Shown here: one piece after another, positions 50,200 to 62,000 of the stretch | Numbering within the stretch: the stretch's first letter is position 1 | Layout of the letters: each line of letters begins with the position of its first letter | NCBI RefSeq assembly: GCF_004010195.1 | Contig: NC_057759.1 | Location: 1,743,069 to 1,805,068, forward strand | DNA: 62,000 nt | Source of the DNA: Chiloscyllium plagiosum | Lineage: Eukaryota | Reading direction: 5' to 3' | Program-made: the position numbers and the translations under genes | Notes under the pieces: generated by a model | What the model saw: the letters and a program-made list of their open reading frames with translations, nothing else | Told to the model about the DNA's origin: nothing | The model's database searches: none

Positions 50200-52860
50200 T
50201 GGCATTTCCTGATTATGGCAGAGTGCACATGGCAGAGGTTGTGGGTTTTCTCTATTAGTAAGAAATAAAATTAAATCAGTTGTAAGAAGTGAAGTCGTGT
50301 CAGTTGATATAGAATCTGTGTAGGCAGAATTGAGGAACCGCAAAGGTTAAAAAAAGTCATAGTTGTAGTTATGTATAGCTCTCAGAATAGTAGTTAGGAG
50401 CTGAGGCTCAAGATATACCAGAAGTTAGAAGAGCCGTGTAGAAAAGGTAAAGTTACAGTGATCGTGGGGGAGTTAAATATATTGGTGTACTAGGAAAATC
50501 ACGGAGTTATTGAATTGCAAGAAAAGGAATTTGTGGAATGGCGAAGAGATTTTTTTGGAGCAGCTTGTGCTGGAGCAGGCAAGATTGAATTTAGAATTGT
50601 GCAATGATATGGCAGCTTAAGGTCAAGGAACCCTTTGGAGGCAGTGGTTACAATATGATCGAATTTGCTCTGCAATTTGAGAGATAGAGAGGATGTAATT
50701 AGAGGTAATGGTATTACAACTGACTAAAGGCAACTACAGAGGCATGAGGGAGAAGCTGTGTAGAATTGACAGGAAAAGGAACTTAGCTGTAAAGACAGTG
50801 AAACAGCAATGGCAGGATTTTCTGCGAGTAATATAGGAGATACAGCAGGGATGCATCCCTAAGGAAAGGAAACATGGCAGATGGAGGATGAGGCAATCAC
50901 GGCTGACTAAGGTAGTCAATGATAGCCTAAAACCAAAAGAGAACGCATATAATGTGGCAAAGGAGAGTGGGAAACCAGAGATTGGGAATCTTACAAAGAC
51001 CAACAGAGGGCACCAAAAAACGAAACAAAGAGGGGGACGATTAAATATGTGGGTTAAATAAAAAAGAAGGCTGTAAGTGATTCTTTAGACATATAAAGGG
51101 CAAAAGAGATGCAAATTCGACACTACGGCGCTGGAAAATGACACTGTAGAGATAGTAGTGGGAAACAAAGAAATGGTTAAGGAACTGAATAATTACTCCA
51201 CATCAGTCTTCACGGTGGAAGAGACGAGTAATACCCCCCAAAAAAACAAACGAGTGAGGGGGCAAGTTGAGTATCGTGGCCAACAACAAGGAAAGAGTGC
51301 TAGAAAATCTGAAGGATTTGCTGGTGGATAAATCTTCTGGATCAGATATGTTGCCGCCAAGAGTTCCCAGGGAGACAGCTGAAAAGCTAATGGAGGCAGT
51401 AGTGGTGATCTTTCAAGAATTGCTAGAATCAGGAAGGGTTCCAGAGGGCTGGAAAATCGCGAAAGTGACATCCCTGTTTAGGAAGTGGGTAAGGGAAAAG
51501 ACCGACCATTAAAGACCGATTAGCCTCACCTCAATTGTGGCTAATATCCTGGAATCCATTGTGAAGGATGAAATTTCTGAAAATGTGAAAGCTTAAGGTA
51601 AAATGGGGCAAAGTAAGCATGGTATCATTAAGGGGAAGTCTTGCCTGGTCTTCTAGAATTCTTTGAGGAAGTAACAAGCAGATAAGACAAAGGAAAGCCA
51701 ATGGATGTCATTTAATAGTATTCAAGAAGGCTTTGGACAAGATTTCGCACAGAAGACTACTGAGTGTCAGAGAGCCATTGGTATAAGAGGCAAGGTGCTA
51801 GCATGGCTGTAAGCTTGGCTGTCTGGATGAAAACAGAAATTGGGGCATGGATGGTGTTATTCGGAATATCAGCGGGTGAGCAGTGGTGTTGTGCAAAGTT
51901 CAATGTTCAGACTACAACTTTCCACTTCATACATTAATTATCTAGATGAAGGAACTGAAGATATTCTGGCTTCGTTTGCAAAGGATACAAAGACAGGTAA
52001 AGTGACCCGTAACATTGAGGAGGAGGAGACAAGTTTGGACAACAATTTTGACAAGTTAGCAGAGTGCGTAAAGTGGCTGATGTAGTACAAGGTGGGAAAC
52101 TGTGAAGTTGTGTACTTTGATAGGAAGAATAGATGCATGCTCTATTTTCTAAATGGCGAGATAATTCAGAAGCTTAAATTATAAAAAGATGTGGTAGTTC
52201 TCGTCCAGGATTCTCTCAACATAAACTTGCAGATTGAGTCAGTAGTTAGGAAGGCAAATGTAATGATGGCATTTAATTTGTGAGGAGTTCAACATAAAAG
52301 CAGGGATTAACTTCAGAGGCCCTATAATGCTCTGGTAGGACCGAATTTGGAGTATTGTGCGCAGTATAAGACCATATCTCACAATGGATGTACTGGCCTT
52401 GGAGTATGTACAGAGGAGAATGGTCCCAGTAATGAAGAGCTTAACGGAAAAGAATAATGTTTGAGGACTCTGAATCTATAATTGACGGAGTTTAGAAAGA
52501 TGTTGGGGAAACTAATGTACAGAATGTCTGGACAGATTGGATGCTGTGAATATGTTTCTACTGATAGCAGAGGCTAGGACTCAGGACACAGCCTTATAGT
52601 AAAGGGAACTTATTTTAGAATGGGGATATGGTGAAACTGCTTCAACCAGAGAAAGGTGAACCGATGGAATTCATTGCCACAGAAGGCTGTGGAGGCCAGG
52701 TGATTGAGTATATTTAAGACTGATAGATCTTCAATATCAAGGGAATCAAGGGGTGTAGGGAGAAAGGGGGAGAATGGGATTGAGAAATTTATCAGCCATG
52801 ATTGAAAGGTGGAGAAGACTTGATGGACCTAATTTCTGCTCCTATGTCTTAGTCTATTGG
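50200..52860 (+). mobile_element. CR1 LINE, different and more decayed subfamily
   Basis: DKSSGSDMLPPRV, IFQELLESGRVPEGWKIA, SSGVVQ and FAKDTK remnants plus a 3'UTR. Confidence 0.85.
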
Positions 52861-52864
52861 TCTT

Positions 52865-53200
52865 AACTGACAAGGTCTTTTCTTGGCGTAGGGGAGCCCA
52901 AAACTATTACGCATAAATTTAAGATGAGAGGAGAAAGATTCAAAAGGGGCCGAAGGGTAAACATTTTCACGCAAAGTTTAGTCCTTGATTGGAATGAGCT
53001 TGCAAAGGAAGTGGTGGAGACTGGTGAAATTGCAACATATAAAAGGTACCTGGACGAATATATGAATAGGAAGGGTTTAGAGCAATATGTGTTAAATGCT
53101 TGCAAATGTGACAAGATTTATTTAGACTACCTGGTCGGCATGATTAAGCTGGGTGGAATGGTCCATTTCCGTGCTCTCCATCTTTATGACTGTATGATTC
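52865..53200 (+). mobile_element. CR1 3' end
   Basis: RGERFK...FTQ..V..WNEL..EVVE.G.IATYKRYLDEYM. Confidence 0.85.
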
Positions 53201-54189
53201 CATTCCATCCATTCGCCAACAGTAATTGATTCTTTACACTCCCCCATTTTCGTCTCCCACACTGTTCTGACAGAACACTCTATATTCAGGAATATTGAGC
53301 TGTCAATTTTGCTTCTCTTTTTTCTCGAGTTCCATTATAGCAAGGGCATCATATAGCTAAATGTCTATCTGTGCCCTTAATGCATCTGCCGTGTTTGCAA
53401 TACTCGGTTAGAGACAAAATTACTGCAAATGCTAGAATTCAAAGTAGGGAGACAGAAGGCCAGAAGAATACAGCAAATCAGCACCATCAGGAAATGGAAG
53501 AGTCGATGTTTCTTGTGTAACTTTTCTTCACGATTCAAATGTTCTTCCAGCCTCCTGCCTGTCATTTTGTTTGCAATAATCATTCCATTGAAGTATAAAT
53601 CGTTCAACCCCGTCAATTTCCTTTCCTGGACGCTTGTTAATCCCGTTTCGTTTAGTTTTCTAGATCACTGAAAATATCACTATTAGGGCTGCGAAGGAAT
53701 GGGGAGCGCAAAATTCCTGACAGCTTCTCGTGGTTAATGCAGCAGAATATGACTGAAAGTGATCAGAAAGCTCGGGTAAATATCTGATTACTGCAGTCTT
53801 CACAAGTTAGAACAATAGTAGCTCTGAAGTTCCAATATAATAGCACTGCAGCTGCAGTTATTTATGCGAAGGCATGTATAAGAACATTTCATATTACTTT
53901 TAATTAGTGATTTTCTCTTGAATTATTTATTCCATCTGTCACAATGCTGTAAGTAGATATTAGTTACAATCATTCAAATAGTCATTGATGTATATTGTGA
54001 AGTGGTCATAGATTGACCTGTATACAAACAAAAACACTAATAGCATTAGAGGAAAAGATTAATTTAAAGTTATGAGAGTCTCAGGCAGTAAAAGCAGTCC
54101 CCATCACATTACAGGGGAAATTGGATGGCAGGTAGAGAAACTAGCAGATATTGGAATGTGGGTTGAATAAGCACATTGTAAGGCCGTAA

Positions 54190-54910
54190 GACCAGAGGTC
54201 CATTAGACATAGGAGTATAAATTAGATCTTTCAACCCATCGAGTCTGCTCTGCCAATCTATCATGGCTGAAAATTTCTCAACTAGGTTCACCTGCTTTCT
54301 CCCCAAACCCTTGATCCCTTTGACAAAAAAAATAACGTATCTGTTCCAGTCTTGTTTATATCCTATGGCAGTGAATTCCATAGATTCATCACTCTCTGGC
54401 TGAAGACGTTTTTCCTAAAAGGTCTTACTTTTACTCTAAGGCTGTGCCCTCGAGTCCTAGTCTTGACTACCAATGGAAATATCTTTCCAACATCCACTCT
54501 ATTCAGGCCATTTAGTATTCTGGAAGTTTCACTTTGACCGCTCCCCCCCCCCCCTCCCCCACCTGAATACTTCTAAACTCCATCCAGTATTGACCCAGAG
54601 ACCATTCCCGTGAATTTCATCTGAACATGCTCTAGAGCTAGGACATCCATCCTGTTATATGGCGTCCGAAAATGCACACAATACTCAAATGTGGTCTGAG
54701 CATAGCCTTATAGAGGCTCAAAAGTAAATCCCTACTTTTATATTTAAGTCTGTTCAAAATAAATGACGTCATTGCATTTGCCCCCGAACTACTGACACAA
54801 CTTGGAAGTTAACTTTGACAGAATCCTAAACTAGAACTCCCAAGTCTCTTTGCACTTCAGATTTCGGAATTTTCTCCCAAGTTAGAAAATAATCAATGTA
54901 TCTGTTCTTC
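54190..54910 (-). mobile_element. CR1 3' fragment
   Basis: Resembles the reverse complement of 52150-52860. Confidence 0.75.
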
Positions 54911-55155
54911 TTACATCTTAGGATAAAGGCAAAGGTATCTAATAAAGATGGTGAGAAAGAAACTGCTCTCAATTCATTAGCTGAAGAATTCCAACTTTAG
55001 CCATTCATAACCAGGTAACTTTGTTCAACCTGATGTTACAATTAGTAAAAATCAAGATTCTTTCATATTTCCTGTATTGAGCTCATTAAGGAATTTAAAA
55101 GATCTTTATGTGATAGCCAATTAGTTGGATTCTTGCCTGTTAACACTGTGCCTAG

Positions 55156-58000
55156 GAGAAATTGAGGACTGCAGATAGAGTCAGAGAGTCATAGAGAATA
55201 ACAGCATGGATACAGACCCTTCCGTCCAACCCATCCATGCCGACCAGATATCCCAACACAATCTTGTCCCACCTACCAGCACCCGCCCAATTTCCCTCAA
55301 AACCCTTCCTATTCATATACCCATCCAAGTGCCTCTTAAAAGTTGCAATTGTACCAGCCTCCACCACATCCTCTGGCAGCTCATTCCATACACGTACCAT
55401 TGCTGGAGATCAGAGCCAAAAAGTATGGTGTTGGAATAGAACAGCAGGTCAGGTAGCATTTGAGAAGCAGTGGGGTCGACATTTCAGGCATACGTCGGGA
55501 GTGTGGTGCTGGAAAAAGCACAGCAGGTCAGGCAGCATCCGAGGAACAGGACAATCCACGTTTTGGGCATAGGAATTTATCAGGAATGAAGCTTGTGGGA
55601 CGGGGAGGGGTGTGAGTGATAAATGGGAGCTTGGTGGGTTCGGGGGAAACGTAGCTGAGAATTCAATAGGTAGATGAAGGTGGGGAGAAGGTGATAGGTC
55701 AGATGGAAGGGTGGAGTAGATAAATGGTAGACAGGTCAACATGGTGGTGCTGCGTTAGAGGCTTGGGACTGGAATAAGGGAGGGGGGGGAAATGAGAAAA
55801 CTGGCGAAATCCACATTAATCCCGCGTGGTTGCAGGATCTCAAGGCGGAAGATGAGGCGTACTTGCTCCAAACGTCGGGTAGTAATGATTTGGCAATGGA
55901 GGAGACCCAAGACCTGCATGTCCTTGGCGGAGTGGGAGGGATAGTTGAAGTGTTCAGCCACGGGGAGGTGGGGTTGGTCGGTCCAGGTGTCCCAGAGCTG
56001 TTCTCTGAAACGATTGGTAAGTTGGTGTACTGTCTCCCCGATATAGAGAACAACACATCGGGTGCAATGGTTCAGTAGATGATACTGGGAGAGGTACGGG
56101 TAAATATCTGTCGAATGTTAAAGGATTTTTTGGGGCCTTGGAAGGAGGTGAGCGGGCGTCGGCATAGATTTCGAATTTCCTGCGGTGGCAGGGGAAGTTG
56201 TTGAAAGGGAGTGAGGGCTGGTGTGGGTGTGGATCTGGCAAGGAAGTTGTGGAGGGAATGGTCTCTACGTAATGCAGATAGAGGTGAGGAAGGAAATATA
56301 TCTCTGAAGGTGGTGTCCGTTTGTGGGTGGCAGATGTGGCAGATGAAAATGCGATGTTCAGAGAGGTCAGAGGGCTGGAAGGTGAGAGCCACGGTGGTTC
56401 TGGCCTTGTTACGTTGCGATGAGTGGGGTTCATGGGTAGAGGGGTGGGAATTGGGGGAAATGTATTGGAGGGCATCGTCAACCACGTGGGAAGGGAAATT
56501 ATCTTCTTGGAAGAAAGAGGCCATAATGAATTTTCTAAGGTGGAATCAGTCATCCTGAAAACCGATGCGGCAGAGGTGGCTGGAGTTTGAATAAGGGATG
56601 GAGCTTTTTACAGGGGTTAGGGTGGGAAGAGGTGTAGTCTAGGTAGCTGTGTGAGTCAGTGGGCTTGTAGTTGATGTCCGTGTCTATCAGTCACCAGAGA
56701 TGGAGATGGGGAGATCCAGGAAGGTGAGGGATGTGTCTGAGATGGTCCAAGTGAATTTGAGGTCGGGTGGAAAGGTGTTAGTGAAGTTGATGAACTATTC
56801 AACACTCTCGTGGGAGTATGAGGTGGCACCGATGCACTCAACAATGTAGCGGAGGAGCAGATGGTGTGTAGTGCCCATGTAACTGTGGAAAGTTTCTGTT
56901 TCACGTTCCAACAAAGAGGCAGGCATACTTGCTATCCATGTGGGTGCCCATGGGTACCCAGGTAGTTTGGAGGAATTGGGAAGATTGGAAGGAGAAGTTG
57001 TTAAGGGCGAAGACAAGTTCAGCCAAGCAGTTGAGGGTATCAGTGGAAGGGTATGTTTGGAATTGAGCGAGAAGAAGAAATGGAGGGCTTAGAGGCCTTC
57101 GTCGTGGTGGATAGATGCCCATGGTGAAGATGAGAAGTTGAGAGACGAGGAAACCAAAGTCTTGGAGGAGCTGAAAGGTGTGGATGGTGTCCCGAGCATA
57201 GATGGGGGGTTCCTTGACTAAGGGGGAACAGGACACGGTGTCAAAATATGCAGAGAGAAGCTCAGTGGGACAGGAGCTGGCTGAGACAAGGTGCCAATTG
57301 GCGAAGTCAGGTTTGTGAATCTTTGGAAGGATGTAGAATCGGGCAGTGCTGTGTTCCTGGACGATGAGTTTGGAGGTTATGGATGGCAGATCCCAGAGGG
57401 GATGAGTTTGTGGATGGTCTGGAGATAATGGTTTGGTGATGGGATGTGAGATCGTGGTCGAGGGGGCAAAAGCAGGAGCTGTTTGCAAATTCTTGGCTGG
57501 CTTCAACAGTGTAGAGGTCAGTGCGGATTTGATGGTGTGGTTTAGTTTGGAACGAAGGGAGTGGAGGCATGCATGTTGTGAGGGCGGGAGGTTAGAATGG
57601 GTGAGAGGTGTGGACAGGTTGAGGTGGTCGATGTCACGGTGGCACTGAGAAATCAAGAGATCCGGGTAGGGTAATGGGCCTGTACAGCATGTGCAGATGC
57701 ATGGGGTGAGGTGGAGGCAAAAGAAGGGGTCCTCGATGGGTAGGCAGGAATCTTGATTGAAAAGGTGGGCCTGGAGGCAGAGGCATGGAAGAAATGTTTA
57801 AAGTCACGACGCATGTTAAACTCATTAATCTGGGAGCATAGTGGTATGAAGGGAAAGCCTTTTCCGAAGACTAAATATTCATCCTCACTGAGGGGGTGGT
57901 CTGGGGAAGAGTAAAGACATGGCAGGGCTGGGAGCTAGGAACTAGGTTGGGCCTGAAGCTGGGTATGGGGTTCGAGATAGTCACGTGAATGGACGTGATT
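55156..58000 (-). mobile_element. Penelope-like element, large fragment, with a CR1 3' end (55178-55400) nested in its terminus
   Basis: TARFYILPKIHKPD, SSCPTELLS, LNNFSFQSSQFLQT..VPMGTHM, AEHFN.PSH and RRLEQ.RLIFRL motifs; terminus gagaaattgaggactgcagat|gctggagatcagag is split by the CR1 fragment. Confidence 0.9.
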
Positions 58001-58006
58001 ATAGGG

Positions 58007-58885
58007 TCAGAAGTGGTGTTCAGCAACACACTCTCGACTCTGATCTCCAGCGTCTGCAGTCCTCACTTTCTCTGCGTTGATTTCAGGCATACGCCCTTCA
58101 TTAGGAATGTAGAGGTGGGTGAAAGGGGGCTGAGTGATAAATAGGAGAGGTTGGGGCTGCTGCATAGGTAGCTGGAAAGGTGTTAGGTAATGCAGGTCGG
58201 GAGGGGGGGGGTTATGGATGATAGGTAAGAATGGAGGCAGGATCAGATTAATGAGAATGAAGATTGACAGGTAGTACAATTCAAGAGGGCAGTGCCAACT
58301 TGAAGGGTTGAACCTAGGATGAGGTGGCGGGAGGAGAGAGGAGGAAACTACTGAAATTGATGGTGATGCCATGTGTGTCCAAAGGTGGAAAATGAGGCAT
58401 TTTCCTCCTGTTGTCAGGTGGCTAGGATTTGGTGGTGAGGGAGGCCCAGGGATTACATGTCCTTGGCGGAGTGGGAAGGGGAGTTGAAGCAGTTATCTAT
58501 AGGACGGTGGGGTTGTTTGGTGCGGGTTTCCCAGATATGCTGTCTGAAACACTCCACAGGTTGGCATCCAGTCGCTCCAATGTAGAGAAGACCACATCGA
58601 GAGCAACTGACACAGCAGTTGAGGTGTTTGGATGTGCAGGAAAATCTCTGGTAGATCAGAAAGAATCCTTTGGGACCTTGGATGGAGGTGAGGGAGGAGG
58701 TTTAGCTGAAGGTTGTACAGCTCTTGCGGTGGCAAGAGAAGGTGGCAGGAGTGGAAGGTGGTTGGTGGGGGGCGTTATGCAATCGAGTTAGTCATAGAAG
58801 GAATAATCTCTGCAGAATGTTAAGAGGCTGGGGAGGCAAATAAATCTCTGGTGGTGGGATCTGACTGTAGATGGCAAAAATATGT
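58007..58885 (-). mobile_element. Further Penelope-like 3' fragment with an inverted pseudo-LTR piece
   Basis: Inverted terminus ...ctgcagtcctcactttctc at ~58050, followed by GIY-YIG-region similarity to 24424-25052. Confidence 0.8.
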
Positions 58886-60209
58886 GCAGTTGGCAAATAT
58901 CTGTGCAGGAATGTACTTGAATAGAGTGTCCACAGTACAAAGCCCCATGAAGGGAGACAAGAAACTCTGTGAAACATCATGAGACCATGGAACATCAGGG
59001 GTTGACCACAAACCTGTCTGTGTCTAGCTTCGCAGTCATATAATTAGCTTGACTGAAAATAGAGAAATAATTGATTAGTATGATTGGTTTGTAAATTATT
59101 AAAGGCGAAATGAAACAAACATATAAAAATGTATGCATTCTTTGTTTGGTCAAGACTGCTCTGGAATTTCAGAGGGTTTCTTCCCACTGGTGTAATTCTA
59201 ATAAACTCCTTGATGTTGGAAGTCAACGCCTGGGTATCAAATGAATCTTCTGGTAATTCTTCCCTAACAGTCAATAACTAATATTCTACATTCCATTTGC
59301 AGAGCAGTTTATTAAAACTCGAAACCTACACTTCAGTTCCCATTTTCCTGTCATATTAATTGTATAGGTCATCAACAGCACTCAAAACCGTATGCATGAG
59401 GATATTTGTCCCATCTCTTCCTAGGTGCAACCCATCAGTTTTATATGGATCCCACATTCCCCAGAAACTGAAGCAAACTTTTAGAATCTTAGCCCCACCT
59501 GGTACAGCATTTCACCAGCCAGAATATGTTCTGATCTATTCTCTCACTCCTCTCTCGCTAACACACAGCGCTGTGAATAAATCCTGAGATGACAACATTT
59601 GAGGCCCTTCATTTCAATTTCATTCCTAACTTCCGATGTTCAGCTTTTAGGTTATCATCCATTTTGTTCACCTATGTCAGTGGTATCTACTACGTCCACT
59701 GGCTGTTCAACCTCCCTCTCCAAAATGTCCTGCATCAACTCCATGTCATTCCTGATCTTTGCATCAGGGAGAGAATATACTAGCTGAGAGTCACGTCTGC
59801 ACGACAGAAGCGCCTACCTGGACACTTTACCTTTGAATTCTCTGTCAGTAAATTCCTGCTGCTCGTTTCTACACATTCTGTGCAATTGTTTTGTCGTGAA
59901 TTTGGCTGAAGCTGCTTTCCCCTGATATGCCCACCTCCCTTCATTTTCCCCTCCCCATTATTTGAAATGGTGTATGTGTTTGTGAGAAAGAGGAATGGCC
60001 GCAGCGACCACCTGATATTGCTTGCTGTGACTTTTACTTTGTTGGATAGTCACACATTCCGTTTCTGTTGTGTAACCTTCAACTGCCAAGTGATAGCTTC
60101 GCTTAACGTGCCATCCCCAGCATTCTGAGCATCTTGGATGCTCCACAATGAGTCTACCTGCAGCTCCAGCTCTGAACGCTGTTAGACAATTACTGTACCT
60201 AATCAAAAA

Positions 60210-61150
60210 GAGAGTCATAGATTCATAGAAATGTACAGAATGGAAACAAACCCTTTGAACCCACTCGTCCATGCCGACCTAGTCCTATTAACCGACACTT
60301 GGCTCATATTCCTCTAAACCTTTCCTATTCATAAACCCATCCAGATGGCTTTTAAATGCTGCATTTGTACCATCCTCCAGAACTTCCTCTGACAGCTCAT
60401 ACCATGCACACACCACCCTCTGATTGAAACTATTGCCTGTTAGGTACCTCTTTTATATTTTCCCCCTCACCCTAAAGATATGCCCTATTGTCCTCTACTT
60501 ACCCAACCCAAGGAAAAAAAAATCCTATACATCCCGCTCATTTTTTTCATAATCCTCTATACGTTGATCCCTCAGTCTCTGACATTTCAGGAGAACAGCT
60601 CCAGCCCATTCAGAGTCTCCCTATAGCTCAAATCCTCCAACCACGGCAACGTCCTTGTAAATCTTTTCTGAACCCTTTCAAGTTTCACAATATCCTACCG
60701 ATAGGAAGGAGACCAGAATTGCACACAATATTCCAAAAGTCGCCTAATCAATGTCCTGTACAGCCATAACTTGACCTCCCAACTCCTACACTCAATACTC
60801 TGACAAATAAAGGAAAGCACACTAAACGCCTTTTTTCACTACCTATTTACCTACAACTCTAATTTAAGGAACTATGAACCTGCACTCCAAGGTCTCTTTA
60901 TTCTGCAACACTGCCTAGGACCTTACCATTAAATGTATAAGTCCTGATCTGATTTGCCTTTGCAAAGTGTAGCAATGCACATTTATCAAAAAAAACTCCA
61001 TCTGCTAATCCTCGGCCCATTGGCCCATCTCACCAAGAAACCATTTTACTCTGAGGTAACCTTCTTTGCTGTCCACTAAACTTCCAGTTGTGTTGTCAAC
61101 TGCTAACTTACTAACAATACCTCCTATGTTCACATCCAAATCATTTATGT
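60210..61150 (-). mobile_element. CR1 LINE 3' fragment
   Basis: gagtcatagattcatagaa tail; minus strand LLEYCVQFWSPSYR-type sequence. Confidence 0.85.
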
Positions 61151-61189
61151 AAAGGCCGAAAAGGAGTCACTGTAATTACTCAGTAACTC

Positions 61190-61466
61190 ATTGATATTTC
61201 AGCACTTTTCAAGGTTAGCAACATCTCTCCAGCGTGAAGTGACTGATGTAGAAGTGGTGAGAGTTGCTCACCAGAACTCAGTTCTACAGAAAGAGCATCT
61301 GAATGGAATCGGGTCAGTGTGAACATAAGGATGACATGTCAGCTCCCCAAAAGACTTGTCAAACACTTCCCACATATTTGACATTGAAAACTTTGTCTCC
61401 AGGGTAAACCCAAGAGTTTCTTTGTTGGCTGGATGACTGAGTGAATTCTTTTCCACATTCAGCATG
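61190..61466 (-). pseudogene. Decayed C2H2 zinc-finger array (about 3 fingers)
   Basis: Minus strand across frameshifts: ECGKEFTQSSSQQRNSWVYPGDKVF / CQICGK / HPYVHTDPIPFRCSFCRTEFW* / LHQSLHAGEM, i.e. degenerate CxxCGKxF..HxxxHTGEKPF repeats. Confidence 0.75.
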
Positions 61467-62000
61467 TCAATACATCATTAATCGCAGTCGGTTCCTTGAC
61501 ATATTGATTGAGGAAACCATATTTCATACTGTCCAAGAAATCCTGCTCCATCACATTGAGACCAGTTTGTTTCGTTCAATCAATATGTAGATGGATATCA
61601 CCTAAAATAACTGCTGTACCTTTATTGCGTTCAACTCTAATTTCCTATTTGATACAGTCTTCATAATAATAACTACTGTATACAACTCACACTTATGTCT
61701 TTTTCCTTTTGACATTCCACAGCTTCATCCAAACAGACTCCACATCACCCAGGCTGATGTCTTGCCTTACTATTGCAATATCCTCCTTAACCAGCAATGC
61801 TACCTCAAATACGTTCCCTGTCTGTCTATCTTAACAGGTCTATGTGATCGCAATTAAAAATGTCCATTAATAACTGTTTGCACACTTACTTCATCCACCT
61901 TACTCCAAATGCTCCTGGACTGAGACCTAGAACCGTAATGGTTCATCTTTTTTTTTACATTTATTGCCCTGGTGGGCTTATGATGTAATGTGCCCCTTTT

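Noticed and set aside
53377..53671. Overlapping ORFs with a hydrophobic stretch
   Set aside because: No motif or exon structure that I could support.

Overview
Eukaryotic, repeat-dense genomic DNA, almost certainly from an elasmobranch (shark/ray): it carries HE1-type V-SINEs, many CR1 LINE fragments, Penelope-like elements (PLEs) and a chondrichthyan-type GPR139/142-like receptor. Most ORFs in the supplied track are retroelement debris. Host genes were reconstructed by reading splice sites. (1) An intact two-exon beta-defensin-like gene on + (44656-44749 + 45492-45616; 72 aa; signal peptide, acidic propiece, C-x6-C-x4-C-x10-C-x5-CC) that the ORF track misses. (2) Its head-to-head paralog on - (37049-35911), knocked out by a 203-bp PLE-derived hairpin insertion with a 15-bp TSD. 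Both copies lie in a ~5.7-kb inverted duplication (31724-37378 / 44330-50196). (3) An intact two-exon class-A GPCR on - (28972-28750 + 23877-22976). (4) Decaying exons of leukocyte-receptor-complex (LILR/GPVI/FCAR)-like Ig receptor gene(s) at ~1.8-12 kb, a V-set Ig relic and a C2H2 zinc-finger relic. Mobile DNA also includes a Gmr1-type (integrase-before-RT) Ty3/gypsy element, a decayed retrovirus-like pol, a Rex/Babar LINE, and PLE termini with minimal hammerhead-ribozyme motifs. Repeat boundaries are approximate (read by eye); no database searches were run.
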